This document shows, piece by piece, positions 39,232 to 50,882 of a stretch of 64,000 bases of DNA. Numbering within the stretch: the first letter of the stretch is position 1; each line of letters opens with the position of its first letter. This DNA is from Mustelus asterias (lineage: Eukaryota). Under the pieces are notes generated by a model, which searched no databases, was not told where the DNA came from, and saw only the letters and a program-made list of their open reading frames with translations. The DNA lies in assembly GCF_964213995.1 (NCBI RefSeq), contig NC_135817.1, forward strand, positions 61,628,001 through 61,692,000, in the 5' to 3' direction. Made by a program: the position numbers and the translations under genes.

Positions 39232-39890
39232 TAAAAAAAACATTTCTGGGACGTGGGTGTTGCTGGCTGGACCAGCATTTATTGCCCATCCCTAGTTACC
39301 TTTCAGAAGGTGGTGGTGAGCTAGCTGCCTTGAACCGTTGCAGTCACGGAGGTGTTGGTATACCTAGAGTGCTTTTAGGGAGAGAGTTCCAAGATTTTGA
39401 CCCAGAAACAATGAAGGAACAGCAATATATTTCCAAGTCAGATTGGTGAGTGACTTGGGCTCCAAGTGATGGTATTCCCAGGTATCTGCTGCTCTTGCCT
39501 TTCTGGATGGTAGCGGTCGTGGGTTTGGAAGGTGCTGTCTGAGGAACTTTGGTGAGCTCCCACGTGCATCTTGTACATGGTATACATGGCTGCCACTGTT
39601 CATTGGTGTTGGAGGGATTAAATGTTTGTGGAAGGGGTAGCAATCAAGCAGGTTGCTTTGTCCTGGATGGTGTTGAACGTCTTGAGTGTTGTTGGAGTTG
39701 CACTCACCCAGGCAAGTGGAGAGTATGCCACTACATTCCTGACTTGTGTCTTGTAGATAGTGGACAGGCTTTGAAGGTCAGGAGGTGAGTTTCTCGCCAT
39801 GGGATTCCTAGTCTTTGACCTGCTCTGGTAGCCACAGTATTTATGTGGCTTGTCCAGTTCAGTTTCTGCTCAACGGTAACCCCCAGGATG
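39232..39890 (-). mobile_element. CR1/L2-group LINE 3' fragment
   Basis: LSTIYKTQVRNVVAYSPLAW; the same family occurs at about 38590-39060 (+) and 41300-41600 (+). Confidence 0.8.
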
Positions 39891-40142
39891 ATGGGGCAGT
39901 GTTGATCAAGGAATAAGTATTGGTCAGGTAATTGGGGATAACTCTCCCGCTCTTCTTCAAAATAATGTATGAATCCTCTGGAATGTCAGCCTTGATTTGT
40001 GTGCTCAAGCCCTCAATAACAACTTGAACCTGAAATCTGGTGACTTGGGAGGCATTAATCATTGTTGAATACCCCACTATCTACATCTACATTACCATAG
40101 ACCAGAAACTCAACTGGACCAGACATGTAAATACTGTAGCTA

Positions 40143-40308
40143 CAAGATGTGCATATGGGTTAGGTTAATTGGCCATGCTAAATTGCCCCTTAGTGGCAAT
40201 TTAACAGGGTAAATATGTGGGGTTGCTGGGTTAGGGCCTGGATGGGATTGTTGTCAATGCAGGCTCGATGGATCAAATGGCCTCCTTCTGCATGGTAGGG
40301 ATTCTATG
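40143..40308 (+). mobile_element. V-SINE 3' half, tail A
   Basis: TTGGCCATGCTAAATTGCCCCTTAG...GGGATTCTATG. Confidence 0.8.
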
Positions 40309-40329
40309 AGATCACACCTAGCATACAGT

Positions 40330-41310
40330 GAACAATATAGCTAAGGAAAGATATATTACTGGCAGTCCAGCGAAGGTTCGCTAGGTTGATCTCTGGTATG
40401 GAGGGATTTTCTTATGAGGAGAGGTTGAGTAGGTTGGGCCTTGTATTCATTTGAGTTTAGAAGAATGAGACATATAGGGTGAGATTTTACGGCCTTGCTC
40501 GTTCCAAAACCGTAAAATCCTGCTGGAGGTCAATGGACCTTTCCATTTTCCACCCCCTCGCCTGTTCCAAAAACCGTGGTGCGCGGGGTAGTAAAGTTCT
40601 GGCAATAGGATTCTTAGGGGGCTTGACAGGGTAAATTCTGAGAGGTTCTTTACTCTTGTTGAAGAGTCTAAGATTGGAAAAACAAAAAAAAACAGAGTCT
40701 AAGAGCAGAGGGCATAATCTCAGAGTTGGGGGGTTTCCGTTTAAGACAGAAATGAGGAGGAATTTCTTTTCCTATCTAGACCAATCACCTGCACCCTTCT
40801 ATTCCCCACTTGTTCATGTGTCTATCCAGATAATTCTTAAATGCACATCCCCCCCCCCCCACCCCCCCGGTTCAACTGTCTACCTTATCTATGCCCCTCA
40901 TAATTTTATAAACTTCTATCAGGTCAGCCTCTGTTGTTCGGGGAGAACAATCCCAGTTTATTCAATCTTTCCTCATAGCTAATACCCTCCATACCAGGCA
41001 ACATCGTGGTGAACCTTTTCTGTACTCCCTCCAAAGCCTCCACGTCCTTCTGGTAGTGTGGCGATCAGAATTGGACACAGTATTCCAAATCTGTGGAATT
41101 CTTTACCGCAGAGGGTTATAGAATCTGGGTCATTAAGTATGTTCAAGACTGAGACGGACAGATTTTTAATCAGTAAGGGAATGAAGGGTTATGTGTCTAA
41201 GGTGGGAAAGTGGAGTTGAGAATTATCGTATCCGATCAGTCATGATCTCATTGTATGGCAGAGCAGTCTTGACAGGCTGAATTACTTACTTCTGCTCTTA
41301 TGTCTTATGG
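40330..41310 (+). mobile_element. CR1 3' fragment with a nested MITE-like insert and a minus-strand CR1 piece (about 40790-41090)
   Basis: SRGHNLRVGGFPFKTEMRRNFFS is interrupted and resumes at AATCTGTGGAATTC near 41088. Confidence 0.8.
40477..40605. mobile_element. About 130-bp MITE-like element flanked by TA
   Basis: Splits the CR1 sequence ACATA-TA-GGATTC with TA on both sides; imperfect terminal inverted repeats. Relatives at about 7700-7825, 16283-16410 and 21370-21505. Confidence 0.6.
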
Positions 41311-41811
41311 TCTAATTCGCTAAGCCTTTACAAACTTGTAACCTCCACCACCTAGAGGAAGCACAGCATGGGAACACCACCTGTAAGTTCTTCCCCAAGC
41401 CACATGCCATCCTGAATGGAACTATATTGTTGCTTCTTTACTGTCGCTAGATTAAACTCTTGGAACCTCCTCCCTAACCTCGCTATAGAAGTACATTGGT
41501 TGCAGTGATTTAAGAAGGTGGTCCATCGCCAACTTCTCAAGGACAATTCAGATGCATAAGAAGTGCTGACCTTGCTAGAAATGCTCAGATCTAGTGGGCA
41601 AGAAAGAAATTGGATTTCAATGCTATTTTTAATGGAGGCGTGTTACCTTCCACTTTTAGGTTGCTGTGCAGAATTTGTGTGGAGGGTGGTGTTGGTTAGG
41701 TACCTTCAACTTCTCCAAAAACCTTTCCCTTGTAACAAAGTGTTGGGAAATGTGCAGAGGCAGCAAGTGTCAGCTTCACTCAATTGTTGATACTTTTCCT
41801 TGGAACAGAAC

Positions 41812-42040
41812 TAATCCACCCAAACTACATATCTTTTGACACTAAGGGGCAATTCAGCATGGCCAATCCACCTAACATGCATATCTTTGGACAGTGGGAG
41901 AGAACCGGAGCACCTGGAGGAAATCCACACAGACACGGGGAGAACGTGCAAACTCCACACAGTCACCCAAAGCTGGAATCAAACACGGGTTCCTGGCGCT
42001 GTGATGCAGCGGTACTAACCATTGTGCCACCGTGCCGCCT
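41812..42040 (-). mobile_element. V-SINE lacking the distal tail
   Basis: Head and V-core on the minus strand. Confidence 0.85.
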
Positions 42041-43176
42041 TCTAAGCAAACAACATAAACTGACACTTCAGTACAGAATCAAGGAGGAGCCAATTTGTCA
42101 AAATTAATGTCCTTTAATTGAACAGTTATACCAATACCTTATTTGCTGCTTAAAGGATCTTGTGACATTATTTAAAGGAAACCGGGGCACTCCTTCAGTG
42201 ACTTGTCCTTGAACTAACACTCCCAAAACATAGAAAATAAGAGCAGGAGTAGGCCTTTGGCCCCTCAAAAAAACCAAATATATATAATAATGAGACCTTC
42301 CCGTTTTCAGATTGACTTCTTCATTTGTCACCATTGTAACAGTATCTGCACTTCAACAAATTAATGTGAAGTGCTCTGGGATTTGAAAGGTTGTATAAAA
42401 ATGCAAGTTTGCTCTTTCATAGAAGTGTCCTGGTCTTGTTTTTTTCTTCCCCACCCAAAGTTCTGATGATCTATAGATTTCCCACATGTGGAAAGTTCAT
42501 GGTAGGATCAATTGTATATGCATTGTGAAAGGGCCAGGCTTGACGGTTTGGTGATCTTTCCTCCTAACGTGCATTATTTTCTTGCGTCATTGTCTTGTCT
42601 TGGTTCGTGGTCTCATTGGAGATAATTGCTTCTGAGTCATTATGCATATTGACTATGTCTGACCATTGCTGTTATTGTCAATATCTGTCATCAAATTTGC
42701 ACCATTAGAACTGTTTGCGAGAGGAGTAGAAGTAACACGGGTCTGTTTAACAATGTTTTCAGTGAACAAGTAGTGTTTTATTCCATTATTAAATGAAGAC
42801 TAGCTGTTAACGTTTTTCCCCAATTATGTCTAGACAAACAGTGAAGATTTGCATGGACGATAAACATTTGGGAAGGAGGAGATAGAAGCAAGCACATAAA
42901 CTCATTAAATAGACATATGTACGAGTGTCCTAGCTAGTGATAAAGTATGAACTATGTAATTTCCCTCCCATTATTAAAACTCATCATTAACATGAATCAT
43001 GTGCATTCTGAAATGGAGAACATACATATGTTGACGTTAATGTTTTGTTGAAGCTTTTCCATCAAATTTTCATTTATTTTAATTAAAGTATATGTTCACA
43101 TAGTATATCTAACATAGCAAATTAACTAACCAAATGTATGTGTTTTTTTGGGGGTTTGAGTGGGGAATGTATTCAG

Positions 43177-43520
43177 GGGAGGTGGCGGCATAGTGATGGT
43201 GTTACTGGACTAGTAATCTAAAGACCCAGAGTAATGCTCTGGGGACCTGGGTTCGAATCCCACCACAGCAGATGGTGAAATTTGAATTGAATAAAAATCT
43301 GGAATTAAAAAGTCTAAATGATGACCATGAAACCATTGTCGATAGTCATAAAAACCCATTTGGTTGTCTGAGGTCCTTAACGTTCTTGCATGTGATTCTA
43401 AATCCACAGCAAATGCCTTCTGAAATGGCCTAGCAAGCCATTCAGTTTAAGGACAATTAGGGATGGGCAATAAATGCTGACCCAGCCAGCGGTGCTCACA
43501 TCCCTTGAATGAATTAGAAA
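43177..43520 (+). mobile_element. tRNA-derived SINE, second family, with a LINE-shared tail
   Basis: Head has B box GGTTCGAATCC; tail GGATGGGCAATAAATGCTG..CCAGCCAGCG..GCTCACATCCC..GAATGAATT is shared with LINE fragments such as 39232-39890. Confidence 0.8.
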
Positions 43521-43775
43521 AGCTACATGTCATAGAGCCATAGAATAGCACAGAAGGAGGGCATTTGGCACATTGAGCCTGCATAGCAAACCAGTTAGTT
43601 CTATTATCCTGTACTTCTAAATATTTATCCAATTTCCTTGGACCCACCAAGCAGTGTACTCTGGATCCTAATCATTCATTGTTTTTATGATGTGGAGATG
43701 CTGGCGTTGGACTGGGGTGGGCACAGTAAGAAGTGTCTCAACACCAGGTTAAAGTCCAACAGGTTTATTTGGTAG

Positions 43776-43810
43776 CACGAGCTTTCGGAGCGCTGCTCCT
43801 TCATCAGGTG
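43776..43810 (-). ncRNA. Minimal type I hammerhead ribozyme motif in the Penelope terminal repeat
   Basis: Minus strand reads CAC CUGAUGA A GGAGC-AGC-GCUCC GAAA GC UC GUG: intact core, 5-bp stem II, palindromic AGCU stem III, 3-bp stem I. Confidence 0.75.
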
Positions 43811-44498
43811 AGTGGAGAGTTGGGTTCACAAACAGGCCATGTGTAGACACAGACTCAAGATTGCAAGATAATGGTTGGAATGCGAGTCTTAACAGGTAAT
43901 CAAGTCTTTACAGGTACTGACAATGCGAGTGGAGAGAGGGTTAAGCACAGGTTAAAGAGATGTGAATTGTCTCAAGCCAGGATAGTTAGTAAGATTTTGC
44001 AAGCCCAGGCCAAATGGTGGGGGTTACAGGTAGTGTGACATGACCCCAAGATCCTGGTTGAGGCCGTCCTCGTGTGCGGAACTTGGCTATCAGTTTCTGC
44101 TCGGCGATTCTGCATTATCATGTGTCTTGAAGGCCGCCTTTGAGAACACTTACCCGAAGATCGGAGGCTGAATGCCCTTGACTGCTGAAGTGTTCCCTGA
44201 CAGGAAGGGAACACTCCTGCCTGGTGATTGTCGAGCAGTGTCTATTCATCCATTGTCGTAGCGTCTGCATGGTCTCGCCCATGTACCATGCCCCGGGACA
44301 CCCTTTCCTGCAGCATATCAGGTAGACAACATTGGCCAAATCGCATGGGTATGTACTGTGTACCTGGTGGATGGTGTTCTCACGTGAGATGATGGCATCT
44401 GTGTCGATCCGGCATGTCTTGCAGATGTTGCTGTGGCAGGGTTGTGTGGTGTTGTGGTCGCTATTATCCTGAAGGCTGGGTAGTATGCTGCGAACAAT

Positions 44499-44825
44499 GG
44501 GTGGCACGGTGGCGCAGTGGTTAGCACTGCTGCCACACAGTGCCAGGGACCCGGGTTTGATTCTGGCCTCGGGCCATTGTCTGTGTGGAGTTTGCACATT
44601 CTCCCCGTGTCTGCATGGGTTTCCTTTGGGTGCTCCGGTTTCCTCCCACAGTCCAAAGATGTGCAGGTTAGGTTGATTGGCCATACCAAATTGATCCTAG
44701 TGTCAGGGGATTAGCAGGGTAAATATGTGGGGTTATGGGAATAGGGCCTGGGTGGGATTGCGGTCGGTGCAGACTTGATGGGCTGAATGGCCTCCTTCTG
44801 CACTGTAGGGATACTATGTTCTATG
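44499..44825 (+). mobile_element. V-SINE, full length, tail A, nested in the Penelope element
   Basis: Interrupts the Penelope ORF between the RT and GIY-YIG regions. Confidence 0.9.
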
Positions 44826-45953
44826 TTTGAGGTTGCACGGTTGTTTGAAGGCAAGTAGTGGGGATGTGGAGATGGCCTTGGCGAGATGTCCGTCTTCATC
44901 GATGACATGTTGAAGGCTTCGAAGAAGATGTCGTACCTTCTCCGCTCTGGGGAAGTATTGGACGACGAAGGGTACTCCGTCGGACGTGTCCCATGTTTGT
45001 CTTCTGAGGAGGTTGGTGCAGTTTTTCACTGTGGTGCATCAAAACAATCAATTGATGAGTCGAGCGCCATATCCTGTTCTTATGAGGGTGTCTTTCAGCG
45101 TCTGTAGGTGTCTGTTACGTTCCACCTCATCTGAGCAGATCCTGTGTATACAGACGGCTTGTCCGTAGGGGATGGCTTCTTTAGAGTGTTTAGGGTGGAA
45201 GCTGGAGAAGTGGAGCATCATGAGGTATCCATGGGCTTGTGGTACAGTGAAGTGCTGAGGTGACCGTCCTTGATGAAGATACGTGTGTCCAAGAATGCAA
45301 CCAATTCTGGAGAGTAGTCCATGGTGAGTCTGGTGGTGGGATGGAACTTGTTGATGTCATCATATAGTTGTTTCTGTGATTCTTCGCCGTGAGTCCAAAG
45401 GAAGAAAATGTCATTGATGTATCCAGTGTATAGCATCAGTTGAAGGCCCTGTGTGGTGAAGAGGTCTTGTTCGAACCTGTGCATGAAGATGTTGGCATAT
45501 TGAGGTGCGAATCTGGTCCTCATGGCTGTTCCGTGTGTCTGGATGAAAAACTGGTTGTTGAAAGTAAAGACATTGTGGTCCAGGATGAAACAGATGAGTT
45601 GTAGAATTGTATCTGGAGGTTTGCAGTTGTCGGTGTTGAGGACTGAGGCAGTTGCAGCAATGCCGCCGTTGTGGGGGAAGCTGGTGTAGAGTGCTGAGAC
45701 GTCCATTGCGACGAGGAGTGTTCCTGGCTCAACTGCTCCATGGGTGCTGGGTTTCTGTAAGAAGTCCGCGGTGTCGCGACAGAAGCTGGGGGTTCCTTGT
45801 ACGATGGGTTTCAGGATGCCCTCGATGTAGTCGGAGAGGTTCTCTCACAGGGTCCCATTGTTTTTAAGAAAAGGTTTCTCTTTGCCAATCACCTACAATC
45901 TGTACTCTCTGGTTATTGATCTTCCAGCTACTGGAAACAGTCTCTTTCAATTT

Positions 45954-46330
45954 ACAGTAAAGGCCCGTTGTTCACAGGGGTTACATTCCCACGAAATCTC
46001 ACAAACAATGAAATTGCAAATGATGCTTCTCAATGGGAGTCAGTCAGATAGGTTTCATTGCGAGGGCAGCATTGGTTTGCACAGTTACTGTACAACAAAT
46101 CGTGGTACCTGTACAACAGACGGGGAGCCTCTGAGCAATATGTGACACGTACTAAAAATTTTAAAAAGAGATGATCCTCATTTCAGGAAAAAAATGAATC
46201 ACCTCAAAACTGGCAGACACAATCTGTGCTCTTTCCAAAATTGAGTAGAGCAATTATTTCAGCTCTAGACTGAGATTTGGACATTTCCAAGTTAATTTCT
46301 CCATTCCAGCTGCACATCAGCAGCAACCAT
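45954..46330. mobile_element. Possible Tigger/pogo-like DNA transposon remnant
   Basis: TA-CAGTAAAGGCCCGTTGTTCACAGGGGTTACATTCC resembles a Tigger terminus; the minus strand has HTH-like SQSRAEIIALLNFGKST. Confidence 0.3.
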
Positions 46331-46561
46331 TCTAGACACCTCTCAAAAAAGTGCTCAAGAGAATTAAATGTTCTCGGCCAGGACTAGTGGAAGGCTCCCA
46401 CTCTGAGACTTCAACACCATTTCTCCATTAAACATGTTGAGGTCTCTATTCCGTCATGATTATCGTCTCATCGGGAAAAGAAGAGAGAGGGAAGAAAACG
46501 CGGAATATCAAACATTGCTGACATAATGGGTGATATAGTACAAAGTGCTACAAAGTACAAA

Positions 46562-46880
46562 GCATGGTGGCACAGTGGTTAGCACTGCTGTCTCTCTGCG
46601 CCAGGGACTTGGGTTTGATTCCTGGCTTGGGTCACTGTCTGCTTCAAGTTTGCACATTCTCCCCTTGGTTTGCATGGGTTTCCTCCGGGTGCTTTGATTT
46701 CCTCCCACACTCCAAAGATGTACGGGTTAGATGGATTGGCCATGCTAAATTGCCCTTTAGTGTCAGGGGGACAAGCTAGGGTAAATTAATTGTGGGGTTA
46801 CGAGGATAGGGCCTGGGTGGGATTGTGGTCAGTGCAGACTCGATGGGCCCAATGGCCGCCTCCTGCACTGTAGGATTCTA
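46562..46880 (+). mobile_element. V-SINE, full length, tail A
   Basis: Head, core and tail A present. Confidence 0.9.
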
Positions 46881-47801
46881 CGGTAAGTGTGGGTAAGCAA
46901 ACACACGAACAAGGAAGTCATGAAAGGCAGAACTTCACTCTATTCTTAAACCCTTCATGATTTAACAGATCTCGATTTAGCCTTCAATTTTCAGATCTCA
47001 ATTTAGCTTTCTCTGCACCATGGTGAACAACACCAAGTTCTCTGGTCTATCCACATAACTGTAAATCCCTCTACCCTCGCCAAAGCCTTCACATTCTTCC
47101 TAAACTGTGGTGTCCAGAATTGGACTTTCACCTTAGCATAACTTCCTGGCTTTTGTATTCTATACGTCTTTGTAAATTGGTCAATACAATGTGATTTTCA
47201 GGTTTCAGTTTCCTAATTATAGATCATGTAATAAAAGTATTTGCTCATGTATGTTATTTGTAAAGATTTAAAACGGTGGCTTGAGAGCAAATGTTTTTAT
47301 TTGCATTTCTTTTGTATTCGAAAAGCATTTCACCAAATATTTTCTGGCAGAATCAACTGGACTGCTTCGGACTAGGGATCAAGCCTAGACCTTTCTTGTG
47401 GGAACACCATTGTGGCCCACTGTGGAGCAGCTTTGACAGATATGTTGAGAATGAATAGTATGTCCACCTTCAGTTGTGAGTAGGGAGGAATGGGAAGGAG
47501 ATTTGTTTTAAATTACAATCTCCCATTTTTAAAATGGATGTTTTATCTGTAATTTTTAAGATAAAGGTGGAAAGAGTTTTTTTAAAGAGGGCAAGCAATT
47601 CCATTTCATTTGATAGAACAACTCCACCACCCTTCTCCCTTGATCATTGTATCATAGAATAGTTCAGCACTGGAGGAGATGAATTGGCATGTAGAGTCTA
47701 TGCTTCCTCTTTCAAAGGGCAATTCAATTAGTTCCATTTCCTATTGTTTGCTAATATCCCTGCCTCTTTTCTCTAAGAAATTCAGGCACAGCATGGTGGC
47801 A

Positions 47802-48098
47802 TGGGCGGCACGGTGGTTAGCACTGCTGCCTCATAGCGCCAGGGACCTGGGTTTGATTCCCAGCTTGGGTCACTGTGTGGAATCTGCACGTTCTTCCAGT
47901 GTCTGCAAGAGTTTCCTCCGGGTGCTCCGGTTTCCTCCCACAGTCCGAAAGATGTGCTGGTTAGGTGCATTGGCCATGCTAAATTCTCCCTCAGTGTACC
48001 CGAACAGGCGCCAGATTGTGGCGACAAGGGGATTTTCACATAACTTTATTGCAGTATGAATGAAAGCCTACTTGTGACACGAATAAATAAACTAAACT
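47802..48098 (+). mobile_element. V-SINE, tail B, nested in a decayed CR1 3' end
   Basis: Head, core and tail B; flanks 47650-47780 and 48100-48570 resemble minus-strand CR1. Confidence 0.88.
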
Positions 48099-49241
48099 TT
48101 ATCCCATTCTACTTTGAAGACAACTATCGAATTTGTATTCGCCAGACTATCAATTCGTTCCAAATCCTAACCACTTGTCATTTTCTCTTGCTGTATCTGG
48201 TTCTTTTAAAAAAATTGATTCATGTATGTATGGATTGCTTGCAATATCAACCTTTTATTACCCACCCTTTTAGCAAGCATCTTAAAGCTGGGGCCCATAG
48301 TTATCGCCCCTTCAGTCAATGCTAACTGCTTCTCTAGTGATTCTATATACACCCTTCATCATTTTTGAATACCTATCAAATCTCATGTAAATATTTTCTG
48401 CTCTTGGTGGAGGACAACTCCAGTTTCTCTGGTCTATCCAAGTAACTTTGATCCTTCATCTCTGGACCGATTCTAATAAATCTCTAATGTACCCTTTCTG
48501 ATGACCTCAAACTGTGGTGCCCAAAATTAAACACAATACTCCAGCTGGGATTGAATTAATGTTTAGTTTAGGTCTCTCAATCACTTCGCTTTGGAAACGC
48601 ATTCAATTGTTTCTTAACTTCAGGAATATTGTTCACTAACATGACCTTCCCAAGTAACTTATTTCTTAACTTTGGTATCCTGTGAATCGAATCCACCTGA
48701 TCTCTTTTCTTTCTTACTCCTAACCTAATGTCCTGATTTTTCACTAGTGCCCACTGTTACTTGAACCATGAAGAGATGATGGAAAAACTAGCATGTGCTC
48801 AAGGCATGTGTCTTTGTTTGGCTCTGTGCACCTGTGCTTCTACGTCTCGGTGAACTGCCAAAAAGTGACTTTTTCTTTACTGGTTTAAAATAGTTGAACC
48901 TCTGCTTTGAGGAGTTCAAATTGTACATTGTTCAGAAACGTTGATAGATGTGTAAGAGTAGAAGGTGATGCAAGTTCAAAGGCTACCAAATGTCAAAACC
49001 TTGAGAGAACTTTCTTTCGCACCAAGGAAAGAGCAGCCGTATCATGATTTGCACTTCCCTTTTTCAATTTGCCTATACCAGGATCATGAGGGACTCCAGG
49101 AAAGTCATTCTTGTGGGGAGTATCCATGAAGGCCTCACTTGAAGAAACAAATGAATGAAGGATATAGATTGTCTTTTTGTTTTGAAAGAATTTCTGTCTT
49201 CTGTAGGCCAAGTATTGTCTAGCTAGTTTCTTGGTAGTATT

Positions 49242-49606
49242 TTTTTAATTCATTAATGGGACATGGGCGTTGCTAGCTGGCCAGCATTCATTGCCCATCC
49301 CTAATTGCCCTTGGAGGGCAATTGGGAGTCAACCACATTGCTGTGGCTCTGGAGTCACATGTAGGCCAGACAAGATAAGGACAGCGTATTCCCTTCCCTA
49401 AAGGACATTAGTGAACCAGATGGGTTTTTCCAACAATCGACAATGGTTTCATGGTCATCAGTTGATTCTTAATTCCAAATTTAAAAAAAAATTGAATTCA
49501 AATTCCACCATCTGCCGTGGTGGGATTTGAACCCAGGTCCCCAGAACATTAGCTGAGTTTCTGGATTAATGGTCTAGCGATTACACCACGAGGCCATTGC
49601 CTCCCC
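49242..49606 (-). mobile_element. Copy of the second SINE family
   Basis: Reverse complement of the 43177-43520 type; older copies at about 59371-59725 and 59886-60077. Confidence 0.82.
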
Positions 49607-50493
49607 ATCAACTTCTTGCTTCTGTTTATTTCTTAAACAGAAATTTAAGCTGTTAGTTTTACTCTAAATGTACAGTCGGTAAAGAGGTATCCTCCAACTT
49701 TCGAGTGTAGCAGAGAGTAGCGGAGGATCCTTCACGGTCCTGAGATGTACTCTCTCACTCAAGACAGATGACAGTCTTGGTTTTCATTCGCAGGTGAATT
49801 GGGGACTTGTAGGCCTGCATTGCTGAGTCAGGAGGTGTGTGACTTTGTATGTATCAATGTTACAGGTGCTATATAAAGTTAAACTGTTGTAGTTGTTTGG
49901 TGTGTAACCTTTATGATTGTGTTTTGCATGGAAGAAGTTACAGCAGGAAAAATATTAACTTCTTTATATTTCCAAAATATAAATCCAAACAAGCATTTCC
50001 TGTTCAGGGTGTTACTTACAGTTGATTGAATGAGGCCACTAGGCGTGTCAGACGCTATTTTTACATCCATTTTAAACAGAGACTGAAATCCACGAATGGG
50101 GCCTGAAATTGATCTATAACACAGCTTCTTTATTGTTGGAAGAAGAGTTGTTAGTAATCCAATCCTCATGTAGTCTGCAGCCTGGGAAAACTTACTAAAG
50201 TTACATCACATGTCCCCTCGAGTGAATTCCAAAATAATTATTTATTGTACCAAAATAGTGTTCTTCCCATCAGAATGCTGAATAATCTTCCTGATATTCC
50301 AGTAAATGCTGTGCTTTGGAAACTAACAGTAGCAGCTTTGCAGCTTCTCTACGGACGCAGCTGTTACAATCACTGCTTTTCCAGGGGTGTGTTTGTTTCC
50401 CATTCACTTGTATCTTTTGTGTCGTGTTAAGCTGCTGTTATACTTAGTGACACTATCTGCATGAGCCTTGTACAGCTTGAGGCAAATCCAGTG

Positions 50494-50882
50494 TAGAGAC
50501 ATATAAGATAATGAAGGGGCTGGATAGGGTAGAGGTAGAGAGATTCTTTCCACTTAGAAGGGAAACCAGAACTAGAGGGCACAGCCTCAAAATAAGTGGG
50601 GGCCGGTTCAGAACAGAGTTGAGGGGGAACTTCTTCTTTCAGAGGGTAGTGAATCTCTGGAATTCTCTGCCCATTGAAGTGGTGGAGGCTACCTCGTTGA
50701 ATATGTTTAAATCACGGGTAGATAGATTTCTGATCGATAAGGGAATTAAGGGATATGGGGAGCAGGCGGGTAAGTGGAATTGATTCGCTTCAGATCAGCC
50801 ATGATCTTGTTGAATGGCGGGGCAGGCTCGAGGGGCTAGATGGCCCACTCCTGCTCCTATTTCTTATGTTCTTATGTTCTTA
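50494..50882 (+). mobile_element. Young CR1 3' end
   Basis: Open frame MKGLDRVEVERFFPL...GYGEQAGKWN; ends in TTCTTATG repeats. Confidence 0.92.

Larger units (their letters stand above)
43687..45860 (-). mobile_element. Penelope-like retroelement, 5'-truncated and decayed (RT, GIY-YIG endonuclease, terminal repeat), interrupted by a V-SINE
   Basis: RT motifs MDVSALYTSF, QTHGTAMRTRFAPQYANIFM and YINDIF (YIDD mutated), plus FLDT. GIY-YIG-like VVYLICCRKGCPGAWYMGETMQTLRQWMNRH. Frameshifts and stops present. Confidence 0.9.

Noticed and set aside
44118-45706. Penelope ORFs as a functional RT/endonuclease gene
   Set aside because: 5'-truncated, frameshifted, YIDD changed to YIND, and interrupted by a SINE.
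48993-50430. ORFs of 61-96 aa as a possible nested gene in TMEM50B intron 1
   Set aside because: No recognisable motifs or consistent splice structure; a blastx search would be needed to reopen this.
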